Positions 37,022 to 47,072 of a DNA stretch of 64,000 nt are shown here, piece by piece (within the stretch, counting starts at the first letter, position 1; every line of letters begins with the position of its first letter). The translations under genes and the position numbers were made by a program. The notes beneath the pieces are model-generated. The model was not told the origin of the DNA and searched no databases. It saw only the letters and a program-made list of their open reading frames with translations. Origin of the DNA: Bacteroidota bacterium (GTDB lineage Bacteria > Bacteroidota > Bacteroidia > Flavobacteriales > TMED113); assembly GCA_036158635.1 (NCBI GenBank), contig JAYYFR010000029.1, positions 13,802-77,801 on the forward strand, given 5' to 3'.

Positions 37022-37673
37022 AGTATACTTTATTATAGTACTATTGCTATTTAACAGTTTTGTTTATTTAAATAAAAATAACTACCAACTTGCTGTATTG
37101 AAATATCAAGGAGGAGGAGACTGGTACTCTAATCCCTCTTCTCTCAAAAATTTAGCTATATTTTGTAATGAAAACTTAAATACTAATATAAATCCTGAAT
37201 ATGCAATTGTAGAAGTGGGAAGTACGGAAATATACAACTACCCTTTTATTCATATGACAGGCCATGGAAACGTCTATTTTAATGAATTTGAATCTGAAAA
37301 TCTACGAAATTATTTACTTGGAGGTGGTTTCCTTCACATTGATGATAATTATGGAATGGATATTTACGTTAGGTCTGAGATGAAAAAAGTTTTTCCTGAA
37401 CTAGATTTTATAGAAATAACTAAAAATCATAAAATTTATAATATGAAATATAAATTTAAAAATGGTTTACCCAAAATACATGCTCATGATAATAAAAATT
37501 CACAAGCCTTTGGATTAATAAAACAAGGGCGACTCATATGTCTATATACATATGAGTGTGATCTAGGTGATGGTTGGGAAGATGCTAATGTTCACCAAAA
37601 CTCATTTGAAAAAAGAGAGCAAGCATTAAAAATGGGAGCTAATATAATAGAATATGTAATGACTTATAACTAA
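37014..37673 (+). CDS. DUF4159 domain-containing protein
   Basis: LKYQGGGDWYSNPSSLKNL...PFIHMTGHGNVYFNEFESENLRNYLLGGGFLHIDDNYG is the hallmark DUF4159 pattern. Confidence 0.7.
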   Translation: MNRVYFIIVLLLFNSFVYLNKNNYQLAVLKYQGGGDWYSNPSSLKNLAIFCNENLNTNINPEYAIVEVGSTEIYNYPFIHMTGHGNVYFNEFESENLRNYLLGGGFLHIDDNYGMDIYVRSEMKKVFPELDFIEITKNHKIYNMKYKFKNGLPKIHAHDNKNSQAFGLIKQGRLICLYTYECDLGDGWEDANVHQNSFEKREQALKMGANIIEYVMTYN

Positions 37674-37682
37674 ATTTGGTTT

Positions 37683-38696
37683 ATGAAAAATATTTCTGTT
37701 AATTTTATAGGCATAATATTAGTCCTACTATTTATTTTTCTTTTTTGGAAATTAAGTATTTTATTTGCCTACTTATTCATATCAATAATTTTAGCAATTG
37801 TCCTAAACCCACTTAAAAACAACTTACAAAAAAAAAGAATTAATAAAGTTTTTTCTTCACTAATATGTCTTTTAATTGTGTTTCTTATAATTTTTGTAAT
37901 TGGGTTTATTGGATATCCTCTAATTATAGATGAAATTGAAACAATTAGTAAAATTGATTACAAAGGTTTTCAAAAATATATGGATGATAGTATTTCAGAT
38001 TTTAATAGTTTTTTAAAAAATTTTAATATTAATGGAAACATAAAAAGTGAAGAAATTTTTTCTCTCATCAATTTCACCTCATTTACAAGTATATTTGCAA
38101 AAACTTTTAGCCTGTTAGGAAATATTTTTATGGCTACTTTTTCAATTTGTTTTATTACGTTTTTTTTACTTAAAGATGCTGAAATAATAAAAAATAATTT
38201 TTCAAAATTTATTTCTAAATACACAAAAAATACTGAAAAAAAATTAATTGAAATTACATATTATTTACGTAGATATTTTGTAGGACTCATAACTCAGTTG
38301 TCAGTTCTATTTTCTTGTTATGGAATTGGAATGGGATTTTTAAATATAGAACATGCTTGGATAATCGCTCTTTTTGCTGCAATTATTAATTTAATTCCTT
38401 ACATAGGACCAATTATTGGTTATTCTTTTGCAGCAATCATTATAATTACAACTACTCAAAATATTGATATTGTCCCCACTCTGTTATTAAAAACCTTAAT
38501 CCTTTTCAGCATTATACAAACATCTGATAATTTCATTTTTCAACCTTTGATTTTTTCGAAAATTTTAAATATTCATCCATTAGAAATATTTACTATTGTT
38601 CTATCAGCTGGAATGTTAGGAGGAATTGTTTGGATGTTATTAGCAATTCCTACATATGCTGTACTAAAAATACTAATTGGAAATATTATTAAATAA
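37683..38696 (+). CDS. AI-2E family (PerM/UPF0118) transporter
   Basis: 8 TM helices, and LIPYIGPIIG is typical of AI-2E family proteins. Confidence 0.8.
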   Translation: MKNISVNFIGIILVLLFIFLFWKLSILFAYLFISIILAIVLNPLKNNLQKKRINKVFSSLICLLIVFLIIFVIGFIGYPLIIDEIETISKIDYKGFQKYMDDSISDFNSFLKNFNINGNIKSEEIFSLINFTSFTSIFAKTFSLLGNIFMATFSICFITFFLLKDAEIIKNNFSKFISKYTKNTEKKLIEITYYLRRYFVGLITQLSVLFSCYGIGMGFLNIEHAWIIALFAAIINLIPYIGPIIGYSFAAIIIITTTQNIDIVPTLLLKTLILFSIIQTSDNFIFQPLIFSKILNIHPLEIFTIVLSAGMLGGIVWMLLAIPTYAVLKILIGNIIK

Positions 38697-38702
38697 TATA
38701 AA

Positions 38703-40184
38703 TTAAATTTTATTATTAATAAAATCCTCCCCTTTTGATATGTACTTATACAAATCTGTATCCTTTTCTATAAAAGGAACTTCTTTTCTATATTCTTTGA
38801 TTAGAGAATGAATTTTTCTGGAACTTTTTTTATTAATTATTTGAAAAGCTTGAGATGCATTCATTAATTCAATTGACAAAATAGTAGTCAAATTATTTAC
38901 TACTCGAAATAACTTTAGAGCAGAATTTGCCCCCATACTAACATGATCTTCTTGACCATTTGAAGATACAATACTATCAACAGACGCTGGTGTACACAAC
39001 TGTTTATTTTGACTAACAATTGAAGCGGAAGTATACTGAGTAATCATAAAACCGGAGTTGAGTCCTGAATTTTTAATTAAATATTTGGGAAGGCCCCTTT
39101 CTCCTGAAATTAAATTAAAAACTCTCCTCTCAGAAATATTTCCTAGTTCACTCAAAGAAATTGCTAAATAATCCATACCCATTGCTAACGGTTGGCCATG
39201 AAAATTACCACCAGAGATTATTTTTTCATTTTTTTCAAAAACAATAGGGTTATCAGTTACAGAGTTGACTTCTATTTCAATAATTTTTTTAAAATAATTT
39301 AATACATCTTTAGATGCACCATGCACTTGAGGAATGCATCTGAAAGAATAAGGGTCCTGAACAAAATCGTCGTTTAAAAAAATACTTTTACTTCCTCTCA
39401 AATTATTTAAAATATTCTTTGTTGTATCAATTTGACCTTGATGTGGTCTGACTGAGGATATTAATTTTGAAAATGGATCTATTCTACAAGAATAAGCTTC
39501 TAAGGAGATAGACGCTATTAAATCAGAAAACTTATTTAGTTTGATACTTTTTAAAAATCCCCAAATAGCATATGATAACATAAATTGTGTTCCATTAATT
39601 AAAGCTAATCCTTCTTTATAAGATAATTTATAGGTTTCTAATCCTTCATTTTTTAGTATTTTTTTTGATTTTCTAATACCGTTTTTATAATAAAACTCAC
39701 CTTTTCCAATTAGCGGTAATGACATATGCGCTAACGGAGCTAAGTCTCCGGAAGCACCTAATGAACCTTGTTCGTAAATAACAGGTATTAAATCTTTATT
39801 GTAAAAAGATATTAATTTTTTAACTAAACTTAATCTGACTCCAGAGTAACCCAAACACAAAGAATTAATTTTTAATAATAAAATTAACTTTGCAATTTCT
39901 TTAGGAATTACCTTTCCAGTACCACATGAGTGAGAAAGAATTAAATTTTCTTGTAAAACTTTAATATCTTTTTTATCAATTTGAGTATCACATAATGAAC
40001 CAAATCCAGTGTTAACTCCATATATTTTTTCTGATGAAGCTGTAATTTTTTTTTCTAGAAAATAACGAGATTTAGATATTTTATTTTCTGTTTCTTTAGA
40101 TAATTTTATTTTTTTGTTTTCAAATAAAAGCTTAGAAATTACATCTAAACTTAGATTTTTACCTAACTCAAAAAATTTATTCAT
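38703..40184 (-). CDS. hutH: Histidine ammonia-lyase
   Basis: MIO-forming triad in GSLGASGDLAPLAH. The LSHSCG selectivity motif (S-H) favours histidine over Tyr/Phe. The start overlaps the hisS stop (ATGA). Confidence 0.92.
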   Translation of the reverse strand: MNKFFELGKNLSLDVISKLLFENKKIKLSKETENKISKSRYFLEKKITASSEKIYGVNTGFGSLCDTQIDKKDIKVLQENLILSHSCGTGKVIPKEIAKLILLLKINSLCLGYSGVRLSLVKKLISFYNKDLIPVIYEQGSLGASGDLAPLAHMSLPLIGKGEFYYKNGIRKSKKILKNEGLETYKLSYKEGLALINGTQFMLSYAIWGFLKSIKLNKFSDLIASISLEAYSCRIDPFSKLISSVRPHQGQIDTTKNILNNLRGSKSIFLNDDFVQDPYSFRCIPQVHGASKDVLNYFKKIIEIEVNSVTDNPIVFEKNEKIISGGNFHGQPLAMGMDYLAISLSELGNISERRVFNLISGERGLPKYLIKNSGLNSGFMITQYTSASIVSQNKQLCTPASVDSIVSSNGQEDHVSMGANSALKLFRVVNNLTTILSIELMNASQAFQIINKKSSRKIHSLIKEYRKEVPFIEKDTDLYKYISKGEDFINNKI

Positions 40185-41548
40185 TTTTTAATTTTTTTTA
40201 TCAAATTCTCAATAGAAATAATTTCCTGAGAACCATTAATCATATTTTTGAGGGTTATTTTATTAGTTTTTAATTCATCTTCTCCAATCAAAGCAACAAA
40301 ATCAATTTTTTTCTTATTAGCATATGACATTTGCTTTTTTAGTTTTACATTATCAGGATAAAGTTCACATTTTATCCCTCTATTTCTTAACATGTCAATA
40401 TAAGATTGAGACAAAATAGCTTCTCTTTCTCCCAAATTAACAAATAAAACATCAAGTGAGAAATCTAAATCATTTGGAAACAGATTTAATTCATTTAAAC
40501 AAATTAAAATTCTTTCCACTCCAAAAGATAAACCAACTCCACTACCAACATTATTACCGAATAAAGTAGTTAATTTATCATATCTACCTCCACCACCAAT
40601 ACTTCCAATGTTTATATCATTAGATTTAATTTCAAATATCATTCCTGTATAATAATCAAGTCCCCTTGCTAATGAGAAATCAATTTCAATTGTTAAATTT
40701 TTTAGTCTAGATATTTTTGCAAGAAGATTATAAACTTCATTTTTACCTTCTTCTATTAATTGGCTTTTAAAATTAAATAAACTTGAAAATTGAGATTTAA
40801 AATCTTTAGATGAAATAGATTTACTAAATAAACTTTTGAATATAGAAATACTCTTTTTCGAGACCATATTTTTTTCTAGAAATGACAAAAACACATCAAT
40901 TCCAGACTTTTCAATTTTATCTAATGAAATACAAAATTCAATAAATGAAAATTTTGGTGTTAAATAATTATATAATCCTTCTAAAATTTTTCTATTGTTT
41001 AGTTTTAAAACTACATTTTTTAGATTTAAAGACGTAAATACTTCATCACAGATTTTAATTAAATCAGATTCTAGCCAAATAGACTGACTTCCAATAACAT
41101 CAATATCACACTGAGTGAACTCTCTTAACCTCCCCTTTTGAGGTCTGTCTGCGCGCCATACTTTTTGAATTTGATATCGCTTAAATGGCAATGTAATATT
41201 AGCTTGGTTAGATGATATGTATCTAGCAAAAGGTATAGTTAAATCATATCTTAGAGCTTTGTCAGAAACAAGAGGAGCAATAAAATTAACGTCCTTACTT
41301 AATATTTTTTTTTCATCAACTTGTGAGAGAAAATTTCCACTTTTTAGTAACTGATACACTAATTTATCACCTTCAAAACCATAATTACCAATTAATGTCT
41401 CTCTTTTTTCAATAGCAGGTGTTTCAAGTGGAGAAAAACCATATTTCTCAAATATTATTTGCATTTTAGAAAAAACATATTCTCTCTTCTTAACTTCGGA
41501 AGAAGAAAAGTCAGGCATACCACTTAATGAAAAATTTTTTCTAGACAA
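40181..41548 (-). CDS. hisS: Histidine--tRNA ligase
   Basis: Class II aaRS motifs. GGGRYDKL and FRYERPQKGR-like (WRADRPQKGRLREF) are HisS signatures. Confidence 0.93.
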   Translation of the reverse strand: MSRKNFSLSGMPDFSSSEVKKREYVFSKMQIIFEKYGFSPLETPAIEKRETLIGNYGFEGDKLVYQLLKSGNFLSQVDEKKILSKDVNFIAPLVSDKALRYDLTIPFARYISSNQANITLPFKRYQIQKVWRADRPQKGRLREFTQCDIDVIGSQSIWLESDLIKICDEVFTSLNLKNVVLKLNNRKILEGLYNYLTPKFSFIEFCISLDKIEKSGIDVFLSFLEKNMVSKKSISIFKSLFSKSISSKDFKSQFSSLFNFKSQLIEEGKNEVYNLLAKISRLKNLTIEIDFSLARGLDYYTGMIFEIKSNDINIGSIGGGGRYDKLTTLFGNNVGSGVGLSFGVERILICLNELNLFPNDLDFSLDVLFVNLGEREAILSQSYIDMLRNRGIKCELYPDNVKLKKQMSYANKKKIDFVALIGEDELKTNKITLKNMINGSQEIISIENLIKKIKK

Positions 41549-41597
41549 TTTTTATTAAAATTATATTAATAACCAAAACAAATATCGATAATATTTT

Positions 41598-41605
41598 TAT
41601 ATTTG
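41598..41605 (+). promoter_or_regulatory. Candidate -7 promoter box (TATATTTG)
   Basis: TAnnTTTG match 38 nt upstream of the ATG at 41644, in a divergent intergenic region. Confidence 0.25.
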
Positions 41606-41643
41606 CTCACCCAATTATCAGATTAATTTTAATAAAAATCATT

Positions 41644-42951
41644 ATGAAAAATTTCATTTTCTTTTTAATTTTTTCAATAAGTTTTAGTTATTCTCAAATT
41701 AAACCCATTGAATTCACAGAATTTACATTGAATAATGGACTTCATGTTATTTTACATGAAGACAACTCAACTCCAATTGTAGCAATTTCAGTTATGTATC
41801 ATGTTGGGTCAAAAAATGAAAATCCAGAAAGAACTGGTATGGCTCATTTCTTTGAACATTTATTGTTTGAGGGATCAGAAAATATAGCCAGAGGGGAATT
41901 TGATGATTACATAGAAAATTCTGGGGGATCAAACAATGCGTATACATCTAATGACAAAACATATTACCACGAAGTTCTCCCGTCTAATCAACTCGAATTA
42001 GGTTTATGGCTAGAATCTGAAAGAATGTTACATGCTAAAATTGAGCCAATTGGTATTGAAACACAAAGAGAAGTAGTTAAAGAAGAAAAAAGACAAAGAG
42101 TTGATAATCAACCATACGGAACAATGATTGAGGAAATGATGAAAAGAGCTTATCTAGAACACCCCTATAGATGGACAGTAATAGGATCAATGGATCATAT
42201 AGATAGTGCTACAGAGGAAGAATTTATGGAATTTTATGAAACATTTTATGTACCAAATAATGCAGTTTTATCAATTGCTGGGGATATAAATATAGAACAA
42301 ACAACTCAATTAGTTAACAAATATTTTAATAGTATTCCAAAAGGAAATCATGAAATTCCAAGACCTAAAATAACTGAATCAAAAAAAAATAAAGAAATAA
42401 GAGATACCATATATGATAATATTCAACTAGATGCAGTAATTCATGGATTTAGTATACCTGCTCAAGGAACCAAAGAATTTTATGCTGTAGACATGTTGAA
42501 TAAATTATTATCTGATGGAAATAGTTCCAGACTTAATGTTGAATTAGTAGAAAAAAGTCAAAAATGTGTGTATGCTGGAGCTTTTACTTTTAATCTTGAA
42601 GATCCTGGTTTAACCTTAGCTTTTGCAATGGCTAACTCCGGAGAAAATCCTAAAGAAATAGAACAATTAATGGACATTGAATATGAAAAACTGAAATCTA
42701 CACTGATTTCTGATAAAGAATTAGAAAAACTTAAAAATCAAATAGAGAGTGATTTTATAAATTCTAATTCAAGAATGGATGGAATTGCAGAAAGTTTGGC
42801 TAATTATCATTTATTCTTCGGTGATGCAAATTTAATTAATAAAGAAATAAATAAATATTTAGCAGTAACAAAAGATGACATAATGAATGCTGCCAAAAAA
42901 TACTATACTAAAGAAAATAGAGTCGCCCTCTATTATTTACCTAAAAAATAA
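41644..42951 (+). CDS. M16 (pitrilysin/insulinase) family zinc peptidase, catalytic subunit
   Basis: Signal peptide and the inverted zinc motif HFFEHLLFEG (HxxEH). Confidence 0.88.
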   Translation: MKNFIFFLIFSISFSYSQIKPIEFTEFTLNNGLHVILHEDNSTPIVAISVMYHVGSKNENPERTGMAHFFEHLLFEGSENIARGEFDDYIENSGGSNNAYTSNDKTYYHEVLPSNQLELGLWLESERMLHAKIEPIGIETQREVVKEEKRQRVDNQPYGTMIEEMMKRAYLEHPYRWTVIGSMDHIDSATEEEFMEFYETFYVPNNAVLSIAGDINIEQTTQLVNKYFNSIPKGNHEIPRPKITESKKNKEIRDTIYDNIQLDAVIHGFSIPAQGTKEFYAVDMLNKLLSDGNSSRLNVELVEKSQKCVYAGAFTFNLEDPGLTLAFAMANSGENPKEIEQLMDIEYEKLKSTLISDKELEKLKNQIESDFINSNSRMDGIAESLANYHLFFGDANLINKEINKYLAVTKDDIMNAAKKYYTKENRVALYYLPKK

Positions 42952-42962
42952 AAAAACTAATT

Positions 42963-45407
42963 ATGAAAAAATTATTATTTGTTTTAAGTTTTATCGCACT
43001 TTGTTCATACAGTCAAGAAAAAACTAACAATTCAAAAATTATCATTGAGGAAATTAAATCTTGTTTACAATTCACAGAAAAAAAGAAGGTGAAGAAAGAA
43101 AATAGTAGAAAATATGAATATCAAAAAGGATTTAATGCTGAAGGTTGGCAATGTATTGAAAACGTTATAAGTCAACATATTAATAATTTTAATTTTCAAA
43201 CAGATTGGCTCTCTGAAATTTATTTATCTAAAAAAATTGATACTAATAAACTAATTAGTTTAAGAGACCAACTAAAAAATGAGACAAAAAAGAAAAAAAG
43301 AAATTACGATTATTTAGGAATCATTGCAGAAAAATTGAATCAAAATATTACTAATATAGAGCTTGGAAAAGTTGAATGGGAAAAAATTCATGGATTTAGA
43401 AGTGAAGCTCCAAAAGCTGGAATAGCTCCGGAAGTTCAAATTGGCGATTATCAGGAGTTTAAATTAAAAAACGGATTACAGGTTATTCTAGTTGAAAATC
43501 ACAAAAAACCTGTTGTGTCATTTTATTTAGTCCCTGATTTTATACCATTTTTAGAAAAAGAAAAAACTGGCACAAAAGACATACTTTCAATGATGATGGG
43601 GACAGGGACAAAGACAAAAAGTAAGGCAGAAATTGATGAAATTACAGATTACATTGGAGCAACAATTAATTTTAATGGTCTTGATGGAATTTTTGCATCT
43701 TCTCTTAAAAAACATCAAACGACATTGTTAGAATTAATAAATGATATTATACTAAATCCTGTTTTTTCAGAAAATGAGTTTAATAAATCGAAAAAACAAA
43801 TATTATCAGGGCTTGAAAGTCAAAAAAGTAATTCTCAACAAATTTCTAATAACATAAGTAATTTATTGAATTATGGAAAAGATCATCCATATGGCGAATT
43901 AATTAATGAAAAAACTATAAATAATATTGAATTAAAAGACGTAAAAAATCTTTATTCTAAGTATTTTAAACCAAATATTTCATATTTAGTAATTGTAGGT
44001 GATATTGAATTAGAAGAAGCTAAAAGTATTACTGATACATACTTTAAAAAATGGAAGAAAAAAAAGATTCTCTCTGAAGAAATTATTGATTGTACAGCTC
44101 CAGAGAAAAATCAAGTTGCTTTTGTTCATAAAGAAGGCGCTGTTCAATCAACAATAAAAGTAACATATCCAATAGATCTAAAACCAGGGTCAAAAGATGA
44201 AATTACTTGTCAAGTAATGAATAGTATTTTAGGGGGTGGTGTCTTTTCTGGTAGATTAATGCAAAATTTAAGGGAAGATAAAGCGTATACCTATGGGGCA
44301 AGATCAAGAATATCCTCTGACAAATATATTGGTGAGTTTTCAGCATACGCAGACGTTAGAAATGAAGTTACAGATAGCGCTGTTGTAGAATTTATTCATG
44401 AATTAAATAAAATGAAAAAAGAACTAGTTACTGCAAAAGAATTGAATGTCACAAAAAATTACATGACAGGAAGTTTTTCTAGAGCACTTGAAAGTCCATT
44501 TAGAATCGCGCAATTGGCATTAAATATAAAAATGAATGATTTAGATAAAAATTATTACAAAAACTATTTAAAGGCTTTAAATGATGTTTCAGCAAAAGAT
44601 ATTTACGTTGTAGCTCAAAAGTATATAAAACCAGAAAATTGTAACATTATTGTTGTTGGTAATAAAGACATTTCTAAAAACCTAGAAAAATTTGATAGTA
44701 AAATAACATTTTTTGATTATCTAGGAGAGACTCTAAACATGGAAAAAAAGGTTATTGACGATAAAGTTACCGTTGAATCTATTATTGAAAATAATATTGA
44801 AGCTTTAGGAGGGGAAGAAAATATGAACCAATGGAGTGACGTAATTTTAAAATCTGAAATAGAAATTCAAGGAGCTCCAATGAAAATTAATTTAACTCAA
44901 GGTTATAAAAAACCGAATAGTTTTTTTATGAGTATGAAAGCAAAAATGTTAGGGGAATTACAGGGCATGAAATACAATGGTTCTGAGGCATCAATGTCTG
45001 GAATGCAGGGAGAAAGAGTATTGTCTTCATCTGACATCGAAAAAGAAATTGAAAATTTTTTACTGTACCCGATTCTTTATAGAAATGACTTAGGAAATAA
45101 GTTTGAATTAAAAGAAATTGAAGTAATCAATGGACTAGATACATATAAGGTAATTAGAACTAATAAACAAGGTGATAAAAAAAGTATGTTTTTTAGTACT
45201 AAGTCAGGACATCTTGTAAAGGAAGTCTTTCAAAAAGATGGAATGCAAAATATTATAGAATATTCAAACTACACAAACTTTAAAAATCTTACTTTACCTA
45301 AAAACACTTCTATTTCTGTAATCACTGAACAAGGAAGTCAAATAATAAAAGCTATTTTAAATGAAGTTATAATTGATGAAGGGATTGATGATTCAAACTT
45401 TAATTAA
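42963..45407 (+). CDS. M16 family peptidase-like protein lacking HxxEH (non-catalytic partner), with N- and C-terminal extensions
   Basis: Signal peptide. The M16 fold begins near FKLKNGLQVILVENHKKPVV. There is no HxxEH motif. Roughly 150 extra N-terminal residues and roughly 220 extra C-terminal residues are present. Confidence 0.78.
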   Translation: MKKLLFVLSFIALCSYSQEKTNNSKIIIEEIKSCLQFTEKKKVKKENSRKYEYQKGFNAEGWQCIENVISQHINNFNFQTDWLSEIYLSKKIDTNKLISLRDQLKNETKKKKRNYDYLGIIAEKLNQNITNIELGKVEWEKIHGFRSEAPKAGIAPEVQIGDYQEFKLKNGLQVILVENHKKPVVSFYLVPDFIPFLEKEKTGTKDILSMMMGTGTKTKSKAEIDEITDYIGATINFNGLDGIFASSLKKHQTTLLELINDIILNPVFSENEFNKSKKQILSGLESQKSNSQQISNNISNLLNYGKDHPYGELINEKTINNIELKDVKNLYSKYFKPNISYLVIVGDIELEEAKSITDTYFKKWKKKKILSEEIIDCTAPEKNQVAFVHKEGAVQSTIKVTYPIDLKPGSKDEITCQVMNSILGGGVFSGRLMQNLREDKAYTYGARSRISSDKYIGEFSAYADVRNEVTDSAVVEFIHELNKMKKELVTAKELNVTKNYMTGSFSRALESPFRIAQLALNIKMNDLDKNYYKNYLKALNDVSAKDIYVVAQKYIKPENCNIIVVGNKDISKNLEKFDSKITFFDYLGETLNMEKKVIDDKVTVESIIENNIEALGGEENMNQWSDVILKSEIEIQGAPMKINLTQGYKKPNSFFMSMKAKMLGELQGMKYNGSEASMSGMQGERVLSSSDIEKEIENFLLYPILYRNDLGNKFELKEIEVINGLDTYKVIRTNKQGDKKSMFFSTKSGHLVKEVFQKDGMQNIIEYSNYTNFKNLTLPKNTSISVITEQGSQIIKAILNEVIIDEGIDDSNFN

Positions 45408-45420
45408 AAAAAAACCAAAA

Positions 45421-45449
45421 AAAAAAGGGACTATTAAAGTCCCTTTTTT
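45421..45449. terminator. Bidirectional rho-independent terminator hairpin
   Basis: aaaaaaGGGACTattaaAGTCCCttttttt. The GGGACT/AGTCCC stem is flanked by A-run and T-run and lies between convergent genes ending at 45407 and 45467. Confidence 0.8.
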
Positions 45450-45466
45450 TATCATAAGTAATTTAC

Positions 45467-45661
45467 TTATGCTTTTTTAACTAGAGGAAGTCCAGTTCTT
45501 GAACTTTCAACAACTTGCTTACCAGCTGGAAGATCGCAAGAATTAGATCTTTCGTCTCTAGCAAAATAATAAATTGTTTGATTTCTTCCTCCTCTTAGAG
45601 TTACATCTTTTGAGTGTAAATAGTAAGTTACTCCTTTACTATTTTTATGTGAATATCCCAT
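45467..45661 (-). CDS. Small (64 aa) basic protein of unknown function
   Basis: MGYSHKNSKGVTYYLHSKDVTLRGGRNQTIYYFARDE... It has non-low-complexity composition, its own terminator and its own upstream gap. It resembles a small family I recall seeing widely, but I cannot name it. Confidence 0.6.
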   Translation of the reverse strand: MGYSHKNSKGVTYYLHSKDVTLRGGRNQTIYYFARDERSNSCDLPAGKQVVESSRTGLPLVKKA

Positions 45662-45740
45662 AATCTTAATTTTTTTAGTTATTATTCTTGGTGAATATAA
45701 TGAAATAAAATTTAATTATCAGGTAATAATTAGATATTTT

Positions 45741-46337
45741 TTATCTATAAATGAACTTTTTTTCAACACTACCATCATCATATAAAATAAAATATAAATT
45801 TTTGGCACTATCCCCATCTGTTAACTGACCTAAAAAATCAACAACTCCTATCATTTTTCTATTTATATTTTCAATATTTTTTTCTTGTAATGAAAAGTTA
45901 CAATCTGGGGAAGATAACAAATCAATATTAATTTGGCTTATCCCATTTGTAACATAAGAAATTTCTGAGTGAATTATTGAAAAATCAGAACCAAAAGAAT
46001 TGAAAGATGAAGACATATAGTCATAATTATCACATAAATTCATACCAATTATTAATTCATCTCCATCTACAAAACCTTCTTGATACTCAGTTAAAAAATC
46101 ATCAGGCCATGCAGAAATATAAGAAACTTTTTCATTGTTAAAAATTGTTGAACCACAGCACTGTAACTGTCCATTAACGTTAACAAAAAAACAACCTAAA
46201 ATATCACCCTCTTGAAAGTCATAATTAATTTCATTAATTGCAATAATATGATTACCAAATGTAACTGAATAATCGTAATTTAAATATTGAGCTACAGTAA
46301 TTAATGGAAATATTAAAAATAATATAAATTTACACAT
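45741..46337 (-). CDS. Secreted hypothetical protein, possibly with a short T9SS-type C-terminal tail
   Basis: Signal peptide MCKFILFLIFPLITVAQ. The C-terminus IGVVDFLGQ...YFILYDDGSVEKKFIYR weakly resembles Por tails. Confidence 0.55.
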   Translation of the reverse strand: MCKFILFLIFPLITVAQYLNYDYSVTFGNHIIAINEINYDFQEGDILGCFFVNVNGQLQCCGSTIFNNEKVSYISAWPDDFLTEYQEGFVDGDELIIGMNLCDNYDYMSSSFNSFGSDFSIIHSEISYVTNGISQINIDLLSSPDCNFSLQEKNIENINRKMIGVVDFLGQLTDGDSAKNLYFILYDDGSVEKKFIYR

Positions 46338-46355
46338 AAGGTAAAATTAAAAAAT

Positions 46356-47072
46356 ATGGGAGATTATTTATTTAAATATAGAGGACAAATTCCAATAATT
46401 TTATTTTTATTAATTATTCCTTTTATTTTATATAACGACTATTCTCAATACACGAGCTCTGTTATTGAAAAAAACAAAATTGTTTCTTTTTTAATTAGTT
46501 TTTTAGGAATAATTATCAGGATTTATACCGTTGGAAACACTCCTGGGGGAACATCTGGAAGAAACAGAGAGAAACAAATTGCTAAAAAATTAAATACAAA
46601 AGGAATTTATTCAATTTCTAGAAATCCATTATATTTTGGGAACTATTTAATATGGTTGGGTTTGTCTATTTATTCATTAAATACATATTATACAATTTTA
46701 ATAAGTATTTTCTTTTTTATTTACTATGGTGAAATAGTAAAAACTGAAGAAAAATATCTATTAAAAAAATTCGGGAATAAATATTTGAGCTGGAAAAATA
46801 AAACTCCTCGTTTTTTTCCATCTATTTTTAATTATCAAAAAAATGAATATTCTTTTTCACTTAAAACAGTTTTAAAAAGAGAATACTCATCATTTTTAGC
46901 TACAATATTTTCTTTTTTCTACATAGATATATTAATTAATTTTAAGATAAATTCTAACAATATTATTGATAAAAACCTATGCATAATTTTTTTAATTTCT
47001 GTTTTAGTTACTTTACTTTTAAGAAATATGAAAAAAAATACGACTATTCTAGATCAAAAAGGAAGGACTTAG
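46356..47072 (+). CDS. Isoprenylcysteine carboxyl methyltransferase (ICMT)/phospholipid methyltransferase family membrane protein
   Basis: GIYSISRNPLYFGNYLIWLG and EEKYLLKKFGNKYLSWKNKTPRFFP are the family signatures. The protein is polytopic. Confidence 0.75.
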   Translation: MGDYLFKYRGQIPIILFLLIIPFILYNDYSQYTSSVIEKNKIVSFLISFLGIIIRIYTVGNTPGGTSGRNREKQIAKKLNTKGIYSISRNPLYFGNYLIWLGLSIYSLNTYYTILISIFFFIYYGEIVKTEEKYLLKKFGNKYLSWKNKTPRFFPSIFNYQKNEYSFSLKTVLKREYSSFLATIFSFFYIDILINFKINSNNIIDKNLCIIFLISVLVTLLLRNMKKNTTILDQKGRT

